Below, one piece after another: positions 9,401-18,915 of a stretch of 64,000 nt of DNA. Location: NCBI GenBank assembly GCA_019057475.1, contig DXJO01000008.1:82621-146620 (forward strand), written 5' to 3'. The position numbers and the translations under genes were made by a program. The notes under the pieces are model-generated. The model searched no databases. It was not told the origin of the DNA and was given only the letters and a program-made list of their open reading frames with translations. How positions within the stretch are numbered: the stretch's first letter is position 1; each line of letters begins with the position of its first letter. This DNA is from Candidatus Thorarchaeota archaeon (lineage in GTDB: Archaea; Asgardarchaeota; Thorarchaeia; Thorarchaeales; Thorarchaeaceae).

Positions 9401-10525
9401 ATGACCGGAGATCTGACAATAGTGAAAAGCCGTGCTGCTGTTATTCCTGCACCTAACGCCTCGATTGAGATTAGAGAGTTCGAAGTTCCTGAACTAGTTC
9501 CGGGCTCTGCTTTACTGAAGGTCGCCAATGCTGGTGTGTGTGGAACAGATGTTCATCTTTGGCATGGAAAACTAGCAGGTGTTCCTTATCCTCTAATTCC
9601 TGGTCATGAAGCTGTTGGAACTATTGAGAGGATTGGTCCCAGCCCGATTAGCTATCTAAACGGCCAAGAGATCAAAGTTGGCGATAGAGTAACATTTCAT
9701 GACGTGACGAAGACATGCTTCTCCTGCTACTACTGTCTCATCGCGAAGACTCCTACGAAATGTCCAAACCGAGTTGTGTATGGGATAACAATGGACTCGA
9801 CCAAGTTCCCCCATTTGATTGGTGGTTACAGCGAGTACGTATATCTCATTCCCGGTACGCACATCATCAGAGTACCCGATCATGTCAGTTTTGATGGTGC
9901 CATCTCGGTGGGATGTGCGCTTCCTACTGCCATCCACGCAGTGACACGGAGTCCAATGAAGCATGGCCTTAATGTTGCAGTTCAGGGCGCAGGGCCTGTT
10001 GGGCTAATGATTGCAATCCTTGCTAAGATAACCGGGGCAGCAACGATTACCTCAATTGACCAGGCACCCAATAGGTTAGAGGTTGCGAGGCGATTTGGAG
10101 TGACTCACACACTCAACATCCGTGAAACCGACCTAGAAGAGCGAAAGCAAGCCTTGCGTGAGATATCGGACGGACATGGACCCGATATTGTGTATGAAGC
10201 AACTGGAAACGCTCTAGCCGTTCCAGAAGGTATCGAACTTGTCCGCGAGGGTGGCACATACACTATCTGCGGGCAATACACTGATAGTGGGACCGTGGAA
10301 ATGAATCCACATCTCATGAACCGCAAACATCTGGACATTCGAACCGTTTGGGGCTCAGAAACCACCCATGTGTATCAGGCAATACGCACAATCGCCAACA
10401 ATTATGATCGATTCCCATTTGAGGACCTTGTCACACATAGCTTCAAACTTGATGAGGCTCAGAAAGCCCTTGAAACCCAACGTGATCAGAAGTCACTGAA
10501 AGCTGTAATCAGACCACATGAATAG
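9401..10525 (+). CDS. Zinc-dependent alcohol dehydrogenase (MDR family)
   Basis: GVCGTD, GHEAVG, structural-Zn CFSCYYC...C, GAGPVG. Confidence 0.93.
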   Translation: MTGDLTIVKSRAAVIPAPNASIEIREFEVPELVPGSALLKVANAGVCGTDVHLWHGKLAGVPYPLIPGHEAVGTIERIGPSPISYLNGQEIKVGDRVTFHDVTKTCFSCYYCLIAKTPTKCPNRVVYGITMDSTKFPHLIGGYSEYVYLIPGTHIIRVPDHVSFDGAISVGCALPTAIHAVTRSPMKHGLNVAVQGAGPVGLMIAILAKITGAATITSIDQAPNRLEVARRFGVTHTLNIRETDLEERKQALREISDGHGPDIVYEATGNALAVPEGIELVREGGTYTICGQYTDSGTVEMNPHLMNRKHLDIRTVWGSETTHVYQAIRTIANNYDRFPFEDLVTHSFKLDEAQKALETQRDQKSLKAVIRPHE

Positions 10526-11726
10526 ACAGGGAGCCAAGCGCATGGATTACCAACTTGAGATTGAGAAGAGTCAGCAAGCATGTGAGATACTCGACGAACT
10601 CGACATCGCATCTTGGCTAGTCTGGGTCCGTGAGACCTCTCAGACTCCTGACCCAGTTCTGGAACTAATCCTGGGTGGTGATGTGGTTTGGCAATCTGCT
10701 TTCCTCTTCACCAAGGATGGTGAGAAGATTGGCATTGTTGGGAACTTCGATGTCGATGCAATTGAAGCAAAGGGCATCTATGACCGAGTTGTTCCGTACA
10801 CCGAGGGTATCAGAGACCAACTGATTTCAGAACTCGATAAATTCCGCCCTCGTCAGGTTGCAATCAACTTCAGCAAAGACAATGTGGCTGCTGATGGTCT
10901 GACTGTGGGAATGTTGTTGAAGCTCAAAGAGTATCTGAAAGACACTCCTTACCTGACTCGTTTGGTGAGCGCGGAGGAAATCATCACACGACTCCGGGGT
11001 CGCAAGACCGAAAAAGAGGTTACCTGCATTAGGTCAGCTATTGAGGTAACCGAGGCAATTTACGACCGGGCCAAGAGTTTTGTCAAAGTAGGGATGACCG
11101 AGATCGAGGTGTACCAGCATTTTCATGAACTCATGAAGGAACACAAAGTCACTAGTGCTTGGAACGCGGACCACAACCCCGCTGTCGATGCTGGTCCAGA
11201 CAAGCAGTTTGGACACTCAGGACCAACCGGGAATAAAATCAAGAAGGGACACCTATTGCACTTTGACTTCGGAGTGCGCTGGCAGGGCTATTGTTCGGAC
11301 ATTCAACGTATGTTCTTCTTCGGGCCTAAGTCGGCGATACCTGAGGAAGTGCAGACGGCATTCGAAACGGTGCGTGATGCGATTCAGGAAGCCTCTCTTT
11401 ATATCTCCCCTGGAGTTCTGGGTTACGAGGTGGATGCACTAGCCCGCAAGTTCGTAAAAGATAGGGGCTACGAGGAGTATCAACATGCTCTCGGCCATCA
11501 GGTTGGTCGGCGCGCACATGACGGTGGGACCCTCCTTGGTCCATTGTGGGAGCGATATGGAACCAGCCCGAAGGGCGTTGTTGAGGCCGGAAACGTCTTC
11601 ACGCTTGAGCTCTACGTGACAACGAGTAACTATGGACAAGTCAGTCTAGAAGAGGACATTCTGGTCACTCGAAGCGGCTGTCGATTCCTATCTAACCCGC
11701 AGAGCGAACCAATTTGTATAGAATAA
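10518..11726 (+). CDS. Xaa-Pro peptidase, M24 family
   Basis: DFG, YCSDIQR, HALGHQVG..AHD, TLE, LEED metal ligands. Confidence 0.92.
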   Translation: MNRQGAKRMDYQLEIEKSQQACEILDELDIASWLVWVRETSQTPDPVLELILGGDVVWQSAFLFTKDGEKIGIVGNFDVDAIEAKGIYDRVVPYTEGIRDQLISELDKFRPRQVAINFSKDNVAADGLTVGMLLKLKEYLKDTPYLTRLVSAEEIITRLRGRKTEKEVTCIRSAIEVTEAIYDRAKSFVKVGMTEIEVYQHFHELMKEHKVTSAWNADHNPAVDAGPDKQFGHSGPTGNKIKKGHLLHFDFGVRWQGYCSDIQRMFFFGPKSAIPEEVQTAFETVRDAIQEASLYISPGVLGYEVDALARKFVKDRGYEEYQHALGHQVGRRAHDGGTLLGPLWERYGTSPKGVVEAGNVFTLELYVTTSNYGQVSLEEDILVTRSGCRFLSNPQSEPICIE

Positions 11727-11729
11727 GAT

Positions 11730-12542
11730 TCAGGAATTCGCCAGTTCATCCATTGCTCCGGTTCGATACCCTCTAGCGTCGATAGCAACATAGGTGAATC
11801 CAACGGAGATTGCCAACTCGTTTAGCTCGTCGAGTTTGTTGGTGTCGAAGAGTTTGTCACGCTCGTCAGAACCTACTTCTATTCGCACAAGATCACCGTG
11901 GAATCGAGCTCGGATTGTACGGACTTCGAATATTCGTCTGACTGCTTGTTCAATCGTATCTACCATGGTGACATATTTCTTTGTGATCTGCACTCCGTAA
12001 GGAAATCTGGTTGCTAAGCATGCCATGGAGGGTCTGTCTGCAACAGATAGTCCGTTCTCTCTTGCGTACTTGCGAATCTCATCCTTCGTCATGCCTGCAT
12101 CCAAAAAGGGTGATGTCACTCCCATCTCTCTGAGAGCACGTTCGCCAGGTCTGTGGCCTTTCAGATCACTTGCGCTTGTGCCTTCAACGACCATGTCGAA
12201 ACCTCGTTTGCTAGCGTATTCAATCCAGACCTTAGCCAGCTTCTTCTTGCAGAGGTAACATCGGTCGCGGGGGTTCTTTGTGAACTCATCATCGTCCAGA
12301 TGATCCACATGGATTATCTCAGACCCAATTTTCAGCTCGTCTGCGACTTTCTTTGCATTTACAAGTTCAGACTGGGGTGACAGAATACTATCGATGGTGA
12401 GTAACACAACTCTGTCTGCATGCTTCTTAGCGAGGAGTGCAAGGACAGAGCTATCAACACCGCCGCTAAACGCAACTAATACTCGTTGTCCATTCAGAAG
12501 GCGCGCGATTTTGCTAAACTTATCCTTGGAGTGTTCATTCAT
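11730..12542 (-). CDS. larE: ATP-dependent sacrificial sulfur transferase LarE
   Basis: AFSGGVDSS PP-loop, RCYLCK, RPG, PSMACLATRFPYG, RIEV, GYRTGAM. Confidence 0.9.
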   Translation of the reverse strand: MNEHSKDKFSKIARLLNGQRVLVAFSGGVDSSVLALLAKKHADRVVLLTIDSILSPQSELVNAKKVADELKIGSEIIHVDHLDDDEFTKNPRDRCYLCKKKLAKVWIEYASKRGFDMVVEGTSASDLKGHRPGERALREMGVTSPFLDAGMTKDEIRKYARENGLSVADRPSMACLATRFPYGVQITKKYVTMVDTIEQAVRRIFEVRTIRARFHGDLVRIEVGSDERDKLFDTNKLDELNELAISVGFTYVAIDARGYRTGAMDELANS

Positions 12543-12622
12543 CGAAGTCTTGCCTGCTTTCGAGCTGATGGTCTTAAGGATTGGCAAACTGACAATGCTT
12601 GAGGATCTTTCCGGGCTCTCGA

Positions 12623-14470
12623 TTACTTTCCTTTATTTGTTGACATGTAGGGGTCCTCATCAAAATCCATGTCGGTGTAACCCTGGTCCTCCAGAAGATG
12701 TTCCACGGATTCCGCTCCCTTTGTCCATTTTACCTGCCACTGACCCTCTTCAGTCAGCCTGAGCTCCACATCAGGCAGGTCTCCCAGAAGGTTGTGATCC
12801 ATCTCAATAACATCTTGGTACGCGCCTGTCAGGGCCAGAACGAAGTAGGAGTCCTGGACATTCTCCAAGACACCAACAGGGATTCCTTCCTCCATCCCTT
12901 CCTTTGGCAAGGTTAGCGGCCGGTCATCTCTTGTGAACAGCGGCACATCAGTGACCTTTCTGTGGAACTGAGATATCTCACCGTCTGAGTCACAGGTAAT
13001 ATCTACCAAGCGCACAGTCGTTTCGGGTCTTACATGCAGGTCGCGAATAGGCACAATTGGGAAGTGTTGATGGACTAGAACATAGTCTCCTACACTGTTG
13101 AACACACTGAAGTTGCCTATCACGATGTGCTCCGGATACCAGAAGCTTCTGGAAACAGAGCCCGATTTTAGTTGATTGAGTCCGTGCTTCTTCAGTTTCC
13201 TCCGAACTGCTGCTTCAAGCACGCCCACCAACATCTCGCTCTCGAAGATTCCTTTTAGGGTGCCAGAGGTTTCAGTGAGTTCCTTATGGAATTTATTCCA
13301 CGATTTCGCCAACTCATCAGCAGAACTTGATTTCTCAATCCGATCAAGCCATTGGCGCTCAGCCCTTTCCATTGCTTTGCTTTCGTAATCCTTCCGGGGA
13401 GGAAATACTGACCTCAACTCAAGTGCTCTGACCAACACGAGTGAGCCCAAGGCAGTAATTCCCCTTCCTGACTCTATGAGAATGGTCGGCGAAATGCCTT
13501 GGTGCTGGCTCTCCTTGAGGATATCCTTGATTCCCTGAACAAGTGATAGGGCGTACAACTCCATCAGGTCTGAGCGATGGGCGCTAGTGTAGTCAATTGG
13601 TAACCCTCCTCCGAAGTCGATAGTATCCAAGCCAGAGAGGCCCCTGTCGCGGAGCTCCAGGAATACCCGTGTCATGAACTGTGCAAAGCCCCGAAAGCTC
13701 GCCACGTTGATTATCTGTGAACCAGCGTGGCCAAGGATAGTGGAAACAGAGGTCAAGAACCCAGTTTCCTTGAACAGCTCAATAACATCGAAGATATCAT
13801 GGATGCTCATCCCAAACTTGGAGTCGCGCCCGGTCGAGTGTGACCAATGGCCTTCAAGAGTAAGATATGGTTTGAGCCGCAATACTAAATCAGTCATCTG
13901 TGGATTGAAGCGCTCGACAATCATCCTAGCCTCATGCAAAGATTCCACTGACACTGACATTGTGTAGCCATTATCAATGCACTTCTGAATCATATCCAAA
14001 TACTCTGGGTCTTTGGCACCATTGCAGACGATGCGTCTGTGCTTTTCATTTTTGGTCACGTTACAAACTAGAATCAACTCGGACTTGGTCCCAACCTCAA
14101 GGCCGTATTCTGTGTCTGCAGCCAGCACGGGCAACACGAAGTCCCGCCGCTGGTTTACCTTCACTGGATATACTGCATTGAATTTGCCTTCATAGTTCAA
14201 TTGCTTGATGGCTGAAGCGAATGCAGTCTTTAGCTTCTTGACTTGAGAAATAATCAACTGAGGAAGTCGAAGAGTGAACGAGGATGTATAGCCAATGGTT
14301 TCTTCGGCATCTGATTTGGTTCGTCTGACAATTTCTGAGAAGGTTATGGTTGCCTCACCCATTCTTATGCAGAGCTCACCTTCTTCTGTAATGTCAAGAA
14401 AGTGCAAATCATTGCGGTCCAACCCGTAGACCAGTTTCGATTGACCGATAGTCCACTCTTCTTCTTTCAC
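12623..14470 (-). CDS. speA: PLP-dependent biosynthetic arginine decarboxylase (bacterial/plant SpeA type)
   Basis: YPVKVNQ (PLP Lys), GLEVGTKSEL, CNGAKD, SKFG, DFGGGL, ESGR, DITCDSDG, GAYQD, HNL. Confidence 0.9.
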   Translation of the reverse strand: MKEEEWTIGQSKLVYGLDRNDLHFLDITEEGELCIRMGEATITFSEIVRRTKSDAEETIGYTSSFTLRLPQLIISQVKKLKTAFASAIKQLNYEGKFNAVYPVKVNQRRDFVLPVLAADTEYGLEVGTKSELILVCNVTKNEKHRRIVCNGAKDPEYLDMIQKCIDNGYTMSVSVESLHEARMIVERFNPQMTDLVLRLKPYLTLEGHWSHSTGRDSKFGMSIHDIFDVIELFKETGFLTSVSTILGHAGSQIINVASFRGFAQFMTRVFLELRDRGLSGLDTIDFGGGLPIDYTSAHRSDLMELYALSLVQGIKDILKESQHQGISPTILIESGRGITALGSLVLVRALELRSVFPPRKDYESKAMERAERQWLDRIEKSSSADELAKSWNKFHKELTETSGTLKGIFESEMLVGVLEAAVRRKLKKHGLNQLKSGSVSRSFWYPEHIVIGNFSVFNSVGDYVLVHQHFPIVPIRDLHVRPETTVRLVDITCDSDGEISQFHRKVTDVPLFTRDDRPLTLPKEGMEEGIPVGVLENVQDSYFVLALTGAYQDVIEMDHNLLGDLPDVELRLTEEGQWQVKWTKGAESVEHLLEDQGYTDMDFDEDPYMSTNKGK

Positions 14471-14498
14471 TCAACCACCCCTGACGATGTGCTCTTCT

Positions 14499-15971
14499 TC
14501 AGGACTCGTCTTCTTTGATGGAATCAAGCATCCCTTGAAAAGCTCTAGCTAACTCACCGATCTCGTCGTCCTGTGAGATGTAGGTTGTATCAACCCTAAG
14601 GTCAATCGAGTCCAGACTTTCCTCCTTTATCATAGCTTCGACGTTTCTGGTTGCCAGATCCATGAGGTATTGCAGAGGTTTCGTAATCTGATTGGAGATC
14701 ACGATGGCCACAGCTCCAGCTACTATGATTCCGCCCACGGTGATAGCCAGGATGAATGCCAATGCCTGCTGATTGGCCGCATCGATTCTCTCTTCCAACG
14801 GTGGAATCGCGCTCAGCACTTCATCTTCAGGAACAACGATAACAACGATGTAGTTGCCTCTCTCCACGCTAGCGTACACTAGAAGATGGGTTTCACCATT
14901 TCTGGTGTAAGTTAGATTCCCCACTCCTCCTGATTGAACGCTTCTAATCTGCAGAAGCTGTGTGTCACTTAGAGCTTCAGTCGTATCGTTATTTATCTCC
15001 ACTTCAGTCAATGGCATGAGAATCTCGTTCTCTACCCAAAACTCTGCGTAATCCTCTGGGGATAGTTCCGGATGGGCGATGATTCCTCCTCCGGCCTTTT
15101 CGATGAGCGATGCATAGCCGCTCTCCAGGACCTGCACATCTAGAATCTTCTCGTTGATGTCTGCAACTGAGATGTCACCTGAGATGACGCCTATGATGGA
15201 TCCATTGTCGTATCGCACGACTCTGCCGATGGATATGAGAAGAACCCCCTCGAATTCATCAAAGTACGGTTCGACATATGTTATGTCGGGACTTCCCGAG
15301 AGGATATCTATGTACCATGGCTGTGAGCTGGCAGAGTATGGGTGAATCGACCGATCAAGGATACTGCCTGGGTAGTTAATGAAGAGGTCATTCGTGAATG
15401 CTAGGTAGAGCCATCGAAACTCAGGCATCTGCTGATGGATGCCCTGGAATATGAAGTCGAGATTAGAGGCTCGTCCAAGCTTCTCTGCATTCGCATCGGC
15501 AGTGTCATTATAGTTCACTTCGTCTGCGGATGGATGATACCAACTGCTGTAATTCCAAGAAACGCTGAGCCCGTAGCCATCTTCGTAATGGGTATCATTG
15601 GGTTGTGGTCCTCCGGAGTTCTCAAAGAAGTAGTCATAGTATGCTTCTCGAGGTTGTACTGTGGAGTCGTCGCTGAATATCTGTTCGCACTCTTCAGCCA
15701 TTGCTCGAATCATCCCCTCCGCGCTAGCCAGCTTCTGGTTGATCACAAGTGCGTTCTTCTCTGCAGTGAGTTCCATGTTTCTGATTGCTTGTTCTCGCAA
15801 AGCCGTAGCGCTGAGCGAAGTAGTGTCATCCCCGATGTATGTCATGAATTGCTGGGACACCACACCAGTGACAGCTAGCGATATCACTGAGATCAACACT
15901 AGTGAGATCACCACGCTCCTTCGGAAACTCCCTCTCTTCTTCGTAACGTTCTTTTTCTGTGCCATTTTCAT
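14499..15971 (-). CDS. Membrane sensor: TM-dCache_1-TM-HAMP with no cytoplasmic output domain
   Basis: Two hydrophobic helices flank a Cache region (PWY, EPYFD, SGDI); HAMP ITKPL...DEIGELARAFQGM, then stop; many N-x-S/T sequons. Confidence 0.85.
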   Translation of the reverse strand: MKMAQKKNVTKKRGSFRRSVVISLVLISVISLAVTGVVSQQFMTYIGDDTTSLSATALREQAIRNMELTAEKNALVINQKLASAEGMIRAMAEECEQIFSDDSTVQPREAYYDYFFENSGGPQPNDTHYEDGYGLSVSWNYSSWYHPSADEVNYNDTADANAEKLGRASNLDFIFQGIHQQMPEFRWLYLAFTNDLFINYPGSILDRSIHPYSASSQPWYIDILSGSPDITYVEPYFDEFEGVLLISIGRVVRYDNGSIIGVISGDISVADINEKILDVQVLESGYASLIEKAGGGIIAHPELSPEDYAEFWVENEILMPLTEVEINNDTTEALSDTQLLQIRSVQSGGVGNLTYTRNGETHLLVYASVERGNYIVVIVVPEDEVLSAIPPLEERIDAANQQALAFILAITVGGIIVAGAVAIVISNQITKPLQYLMDLATRNVEAMIKEESLDSIDLRVDTTYISQDDEIGELARAFQGMLDSIKEDES

Positions 15972-15980
15972 ATCGCCCCC

Positions 15981-18848
15981 TCAGTAATCAACCGTGGTTC
16001 CTCCCACTTCCATCTGAGCCATAAGCACTCCAATCTCCTGGAACGCTCGCTCTATGTCACTACGTACGTCGCGACTATCGACCACAGAGAGGTATTGTCC
16101 CTGTGGGATTCCCAAGCACACGGATTCTAGTAGCTCTTCGATTGTCAACCGCTGTCCGGTCTTGGGGGACCTGATTCTCTTCTTCGTGTCCACTGGTGCC
16201 CTGAGCTCCCCGCCCACACCTATTATGATTAAGTTCACATCTAGGTGGTTGTTCCTGACGTATCCCTCTATTGTGGATTTCCTGGTCTTCTTCAGACGCT
16301 GTTGAGGCGTGAATACCCCTTGGAGAGCATCAAGTGAGAAGTGCTTTGAGCTGTTGTCCTGGCCGTCAGTAAGGGCAATCACCCATCTATGTTCGCTCGA
16401 CTCCACTCTGTCAAGCTCGACAAGTGCCTTTCCAAGAGCATCGTAGAATGCTGTCGCGTTGTTGGGATGCCTTAGAGCATCAAGTGTTCGATAGATTGGA
16501 CTATCACGGGGGTTCTTGTATTCACCCTTCACGGTGAGTGGCAAAAGCTCGCGGAATCCAGAATTGAACACGATTATGCTCACTTCATCCTGCGGGTTAA
16601 CCTGACTGTCAAGGATCTCCTTGGCTCCTGCAACAGCAGCCTTGATTCTATCCTGTGCTCGCATACTGCCTGAATAATCGATGACGAAGATCACACTCTT
16701 CTTGAACATAATTGACCGTCTAAGCTTCTCAGCTTGCCGTCTCAGCTCGTGGCTTGGCTTATTCAGGTGGTCCAAGACCTCAGCAAGTGCATTCATGCTA
16801 TGGACTGCCAACCAGTACTCCTCGACACTCTGAGCGAGTTGGATGGATGCATCAAACTCCTTTTGGGCTTTTTTCCATTTGCTTTGGTCTGCAAAGAGAT
16901 CGCCCATGTGGTAGTGTATGTAAGCTAAAGCTCGCTCGTAGTTCTCTGCCTTGGCAATTTTCTGAGCCTCTTTAAATCGTGAGAGAGCCTGACTGTGGCG
17001 TCCTGCCTTGAACAAGTTGAGACCCATTGCATCGAAACGTCTAGCGAGTCCTCGATTGTTGCCGAGGGTACGGTCAATCGCTTCTGCATCTTCCAAGTAC
17101 TTCATCGCCGCACCATAATCGCCGATGTCCATCTTAACAAGCGCCATGTTATGATACACCGATGCGATTCGGATCATTGCATCCGATTCGTCAGTGGTAT
17201 CTGACTTGGCTCGCTTGAGCATCCGATTGGCGATGGTTTGAGCCCGACCGTAGTGGTCTAGCGCATTGCCAGTGTCCCCTCGCTGTCTGAACACGTTGCC
17301 AATGTTCAGACTCATTGTCTGTTCCCCAATCTCAATCTTGAGCCTTCTACTGATCTCCAATAGGTTCTGGTAATTGGCTAGTGCTCGGTTCAAGTCGCCT
17401 CTGATGAATGCCTGGTTACCGAATCTACAGGCTTCCTGGAAACTAAGTAGGGCGTCTACAGTTGTTCCTATCTCCTCGAACATCGCCCCTGTCACCGTGA
17501 CTCCGCGTGTGAAGTCCTGTTTCGACATCTTCTCAACCATTTTGGTCATTTCATTGATTGGCTTGACCACGGCTCGTCCTCTTCTGTAGGATATGGCACC
17601 GACAACCACTGCCACAACAGCAAGGACTCCTCCCAGTGCTATCGTCAACAGAAGGGTTTCTTGCATCACAACGTTCAGTATATTGTTGGCAGGTTCAATG
17701 ACCTCGTCAGCAGGAACCACGATTGCAAGTGCGAAACCTGTGTTTGTCACATTGATGTGTGTGAGTATCCATGACTCTCCATCCTTTGTGAACTCAGTAC
17801 TCCCTTGTCCTGCAGTGAAAGCACTGCTAAGCACATCTTGGAAGTCTATTGCTTCCTGGCTTGCTTCAGAGTCAAATTCCAACTCGAAGATGCTTGGCTG
17901 ATCCTCAGCAACAGTGTCCAAGTCTGGATGGGCCAAGACGGTACCGTCAGATGTAAGCAGGTACGCATATCCGCTATCAAGGACCTCTATATTCAGAACT
18001 TCAGATCGAATTGTTTCAACCGACACATCTGCAGAAACAACGCCAATCAGTGTGCCATTATCATACCTAACAGGTCTACCAAATGACAACACCCAGTCGG
18101 TGCTTGGATCGAAGTTCAGTGTGAATGTAATTTCCTCGTTCATGACTCCCTCGACATTGGTATACCAAGTCTCGACGTTAGGGTCATAGTCGTTAGCTGG
18201 GTCAAGCCATACTCCGGGGTCCTCCTGCTGAAAGTACCAGAGATCATCATATGGGTAGTTCCTCATCAAATGCTGGTCGGATACTGCTGGGTCGAATCCC
18301 ATGTACAGCCAGATGTAATCTGGATTCATCTTATGAAGTGCCCTGAATATGTTGACCATGTTTGAAGAGATATCTAGGGTATTGGCCGTCTTGGGAGAGA
18401 GGTCGAATGGATCACTGTTGCGATAGTGCGGTCGCGGCATGTAGTAACAATCGACCGTAAATGATATTCTGTCCGAACCATACTCCTCCCAGAGCTCCTC
18501 CATGTCAGGCACAACAAAACCTGATTGGAGGAATTCGAGCTGCCAATCCCAGTAATAGCTGTGCCGAGTTGTGGCATTGATTTTCCCATTGAAGAGGTCC
18601 TCACAATACCTCTCCATCATGTAGACACCGTCCATGTAGCTCTGGGTTCTCTCCTCAATGTAGAGTCTAGTGTCATTTGATATTCGAAGGAGATTCGCTA
18701 GTTCCTCCTCGTGAAGTGCATTAGCAGCATCGCCAGCATTGTCTTGTGACACATTAAAGATAGTTGTCGCTGATAACGCTGAGATAATGAGAATCGGTAT
18801 CAACGATACCGTCACGAACGTTACAATGATTCGTCTGCTTATCTCCAT
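15981..18848 (-). CDS. Membrane sensor: TM-dCache_1-TM-HAMP-TPR repeats-vWA
   Basis: Cache (TWY, SADV, GYAYLL...AHP); HAMP (VVKPI...EEIG); about 5-6 TPRs (e.g. NIGNVFRQRGDTGNALDHY); vWA with intact MIDAS (VIDYSGSM, TAFYDAL, LTDGQDN). Confidence 0.85.
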   Translation of the reverse strand: MEISRRIIVTFVTVSLIPILIISALSATTIFNVSQDNAGDAANALHEEELANLLRISNDTRLYIEERTQSYMDGVYMMERYCEDLFNGKINATTRHSYYWDWQLEFLQSGFVVPDMEELWEEYGSDRISFTVDCYYMPRPHYRNSDPFDLSPKTANTLDISSNMVNIFRALHKMNPDYIWLYMGFDPAVSDQHLMRNYPYDDLWYFQQEDPGVWLDPANDYDPNVETWYTNVEGVMNEEITFTLNFDPSTDWVLSFGRPVRYDNGTLIGVVSADVSVETIRSEVLNIEVLDSGYAYLLTSDGTVLAHPDLDTVAEDQPSIFELEFDSEASQEAIDFQDVLSSAFTAGQGSTEFTKDGESWILTHINVTNTGFALAIVVPADEVIEPANNILNVVMQETLLLTIALGGVLAVVAVVVGAISYRRGRAVVKPINEMTKMVEKMSKQDFTRGVTVTGAMFEEIGTTVDALLSFQEACRFGNQAFIRGDLNRALANYQNLLEISRRLKIEIGEQTMSLNIGNVFRQRGDTGNALDHYGRAQTIANRMLKRAKSDTTDESDAMIRIASVYHNMALVKMDIGDYGAAMKYLEDAEAIDRTLGNNRGLARRFDAMGLNLFKAGRHSQALSRFKEAQKIAKAENYERALAYIHYHMGDLFADQSKWKKAQKEFDASIQLAQSVEEYWLAVHSMNALAEVLDHLNKPSHELRRQAEKLRRSIMFKKSVIFVIDYSGSMRAQDRIKAAVAGAKEILDSQVNPQDEVSIIVFNSGFRELLPLTVKGEYKNPRDSPIYRTLDALRHPNNATAFYDALGKALVELDRVESSEHRWVIALTDGQDNSSKHFSLDALQGVFTPQQRLKKTRKSTIEGYVRNNHLDVNLIIIGVGGELRAPVDTKKRIRSPKTGQRLTIEELLESVCLGIPQGQYLSVVDSRDVRSDIERAFQEIGVLMAQMEVGGTTVDY

Positions 18849-18915
18849 CTATTTTCCTCCGAGCTATGATAATGCGTGCCTTTTTTTTCTGATTCCATTA
18901 TGTCCCCTCCTAGTT

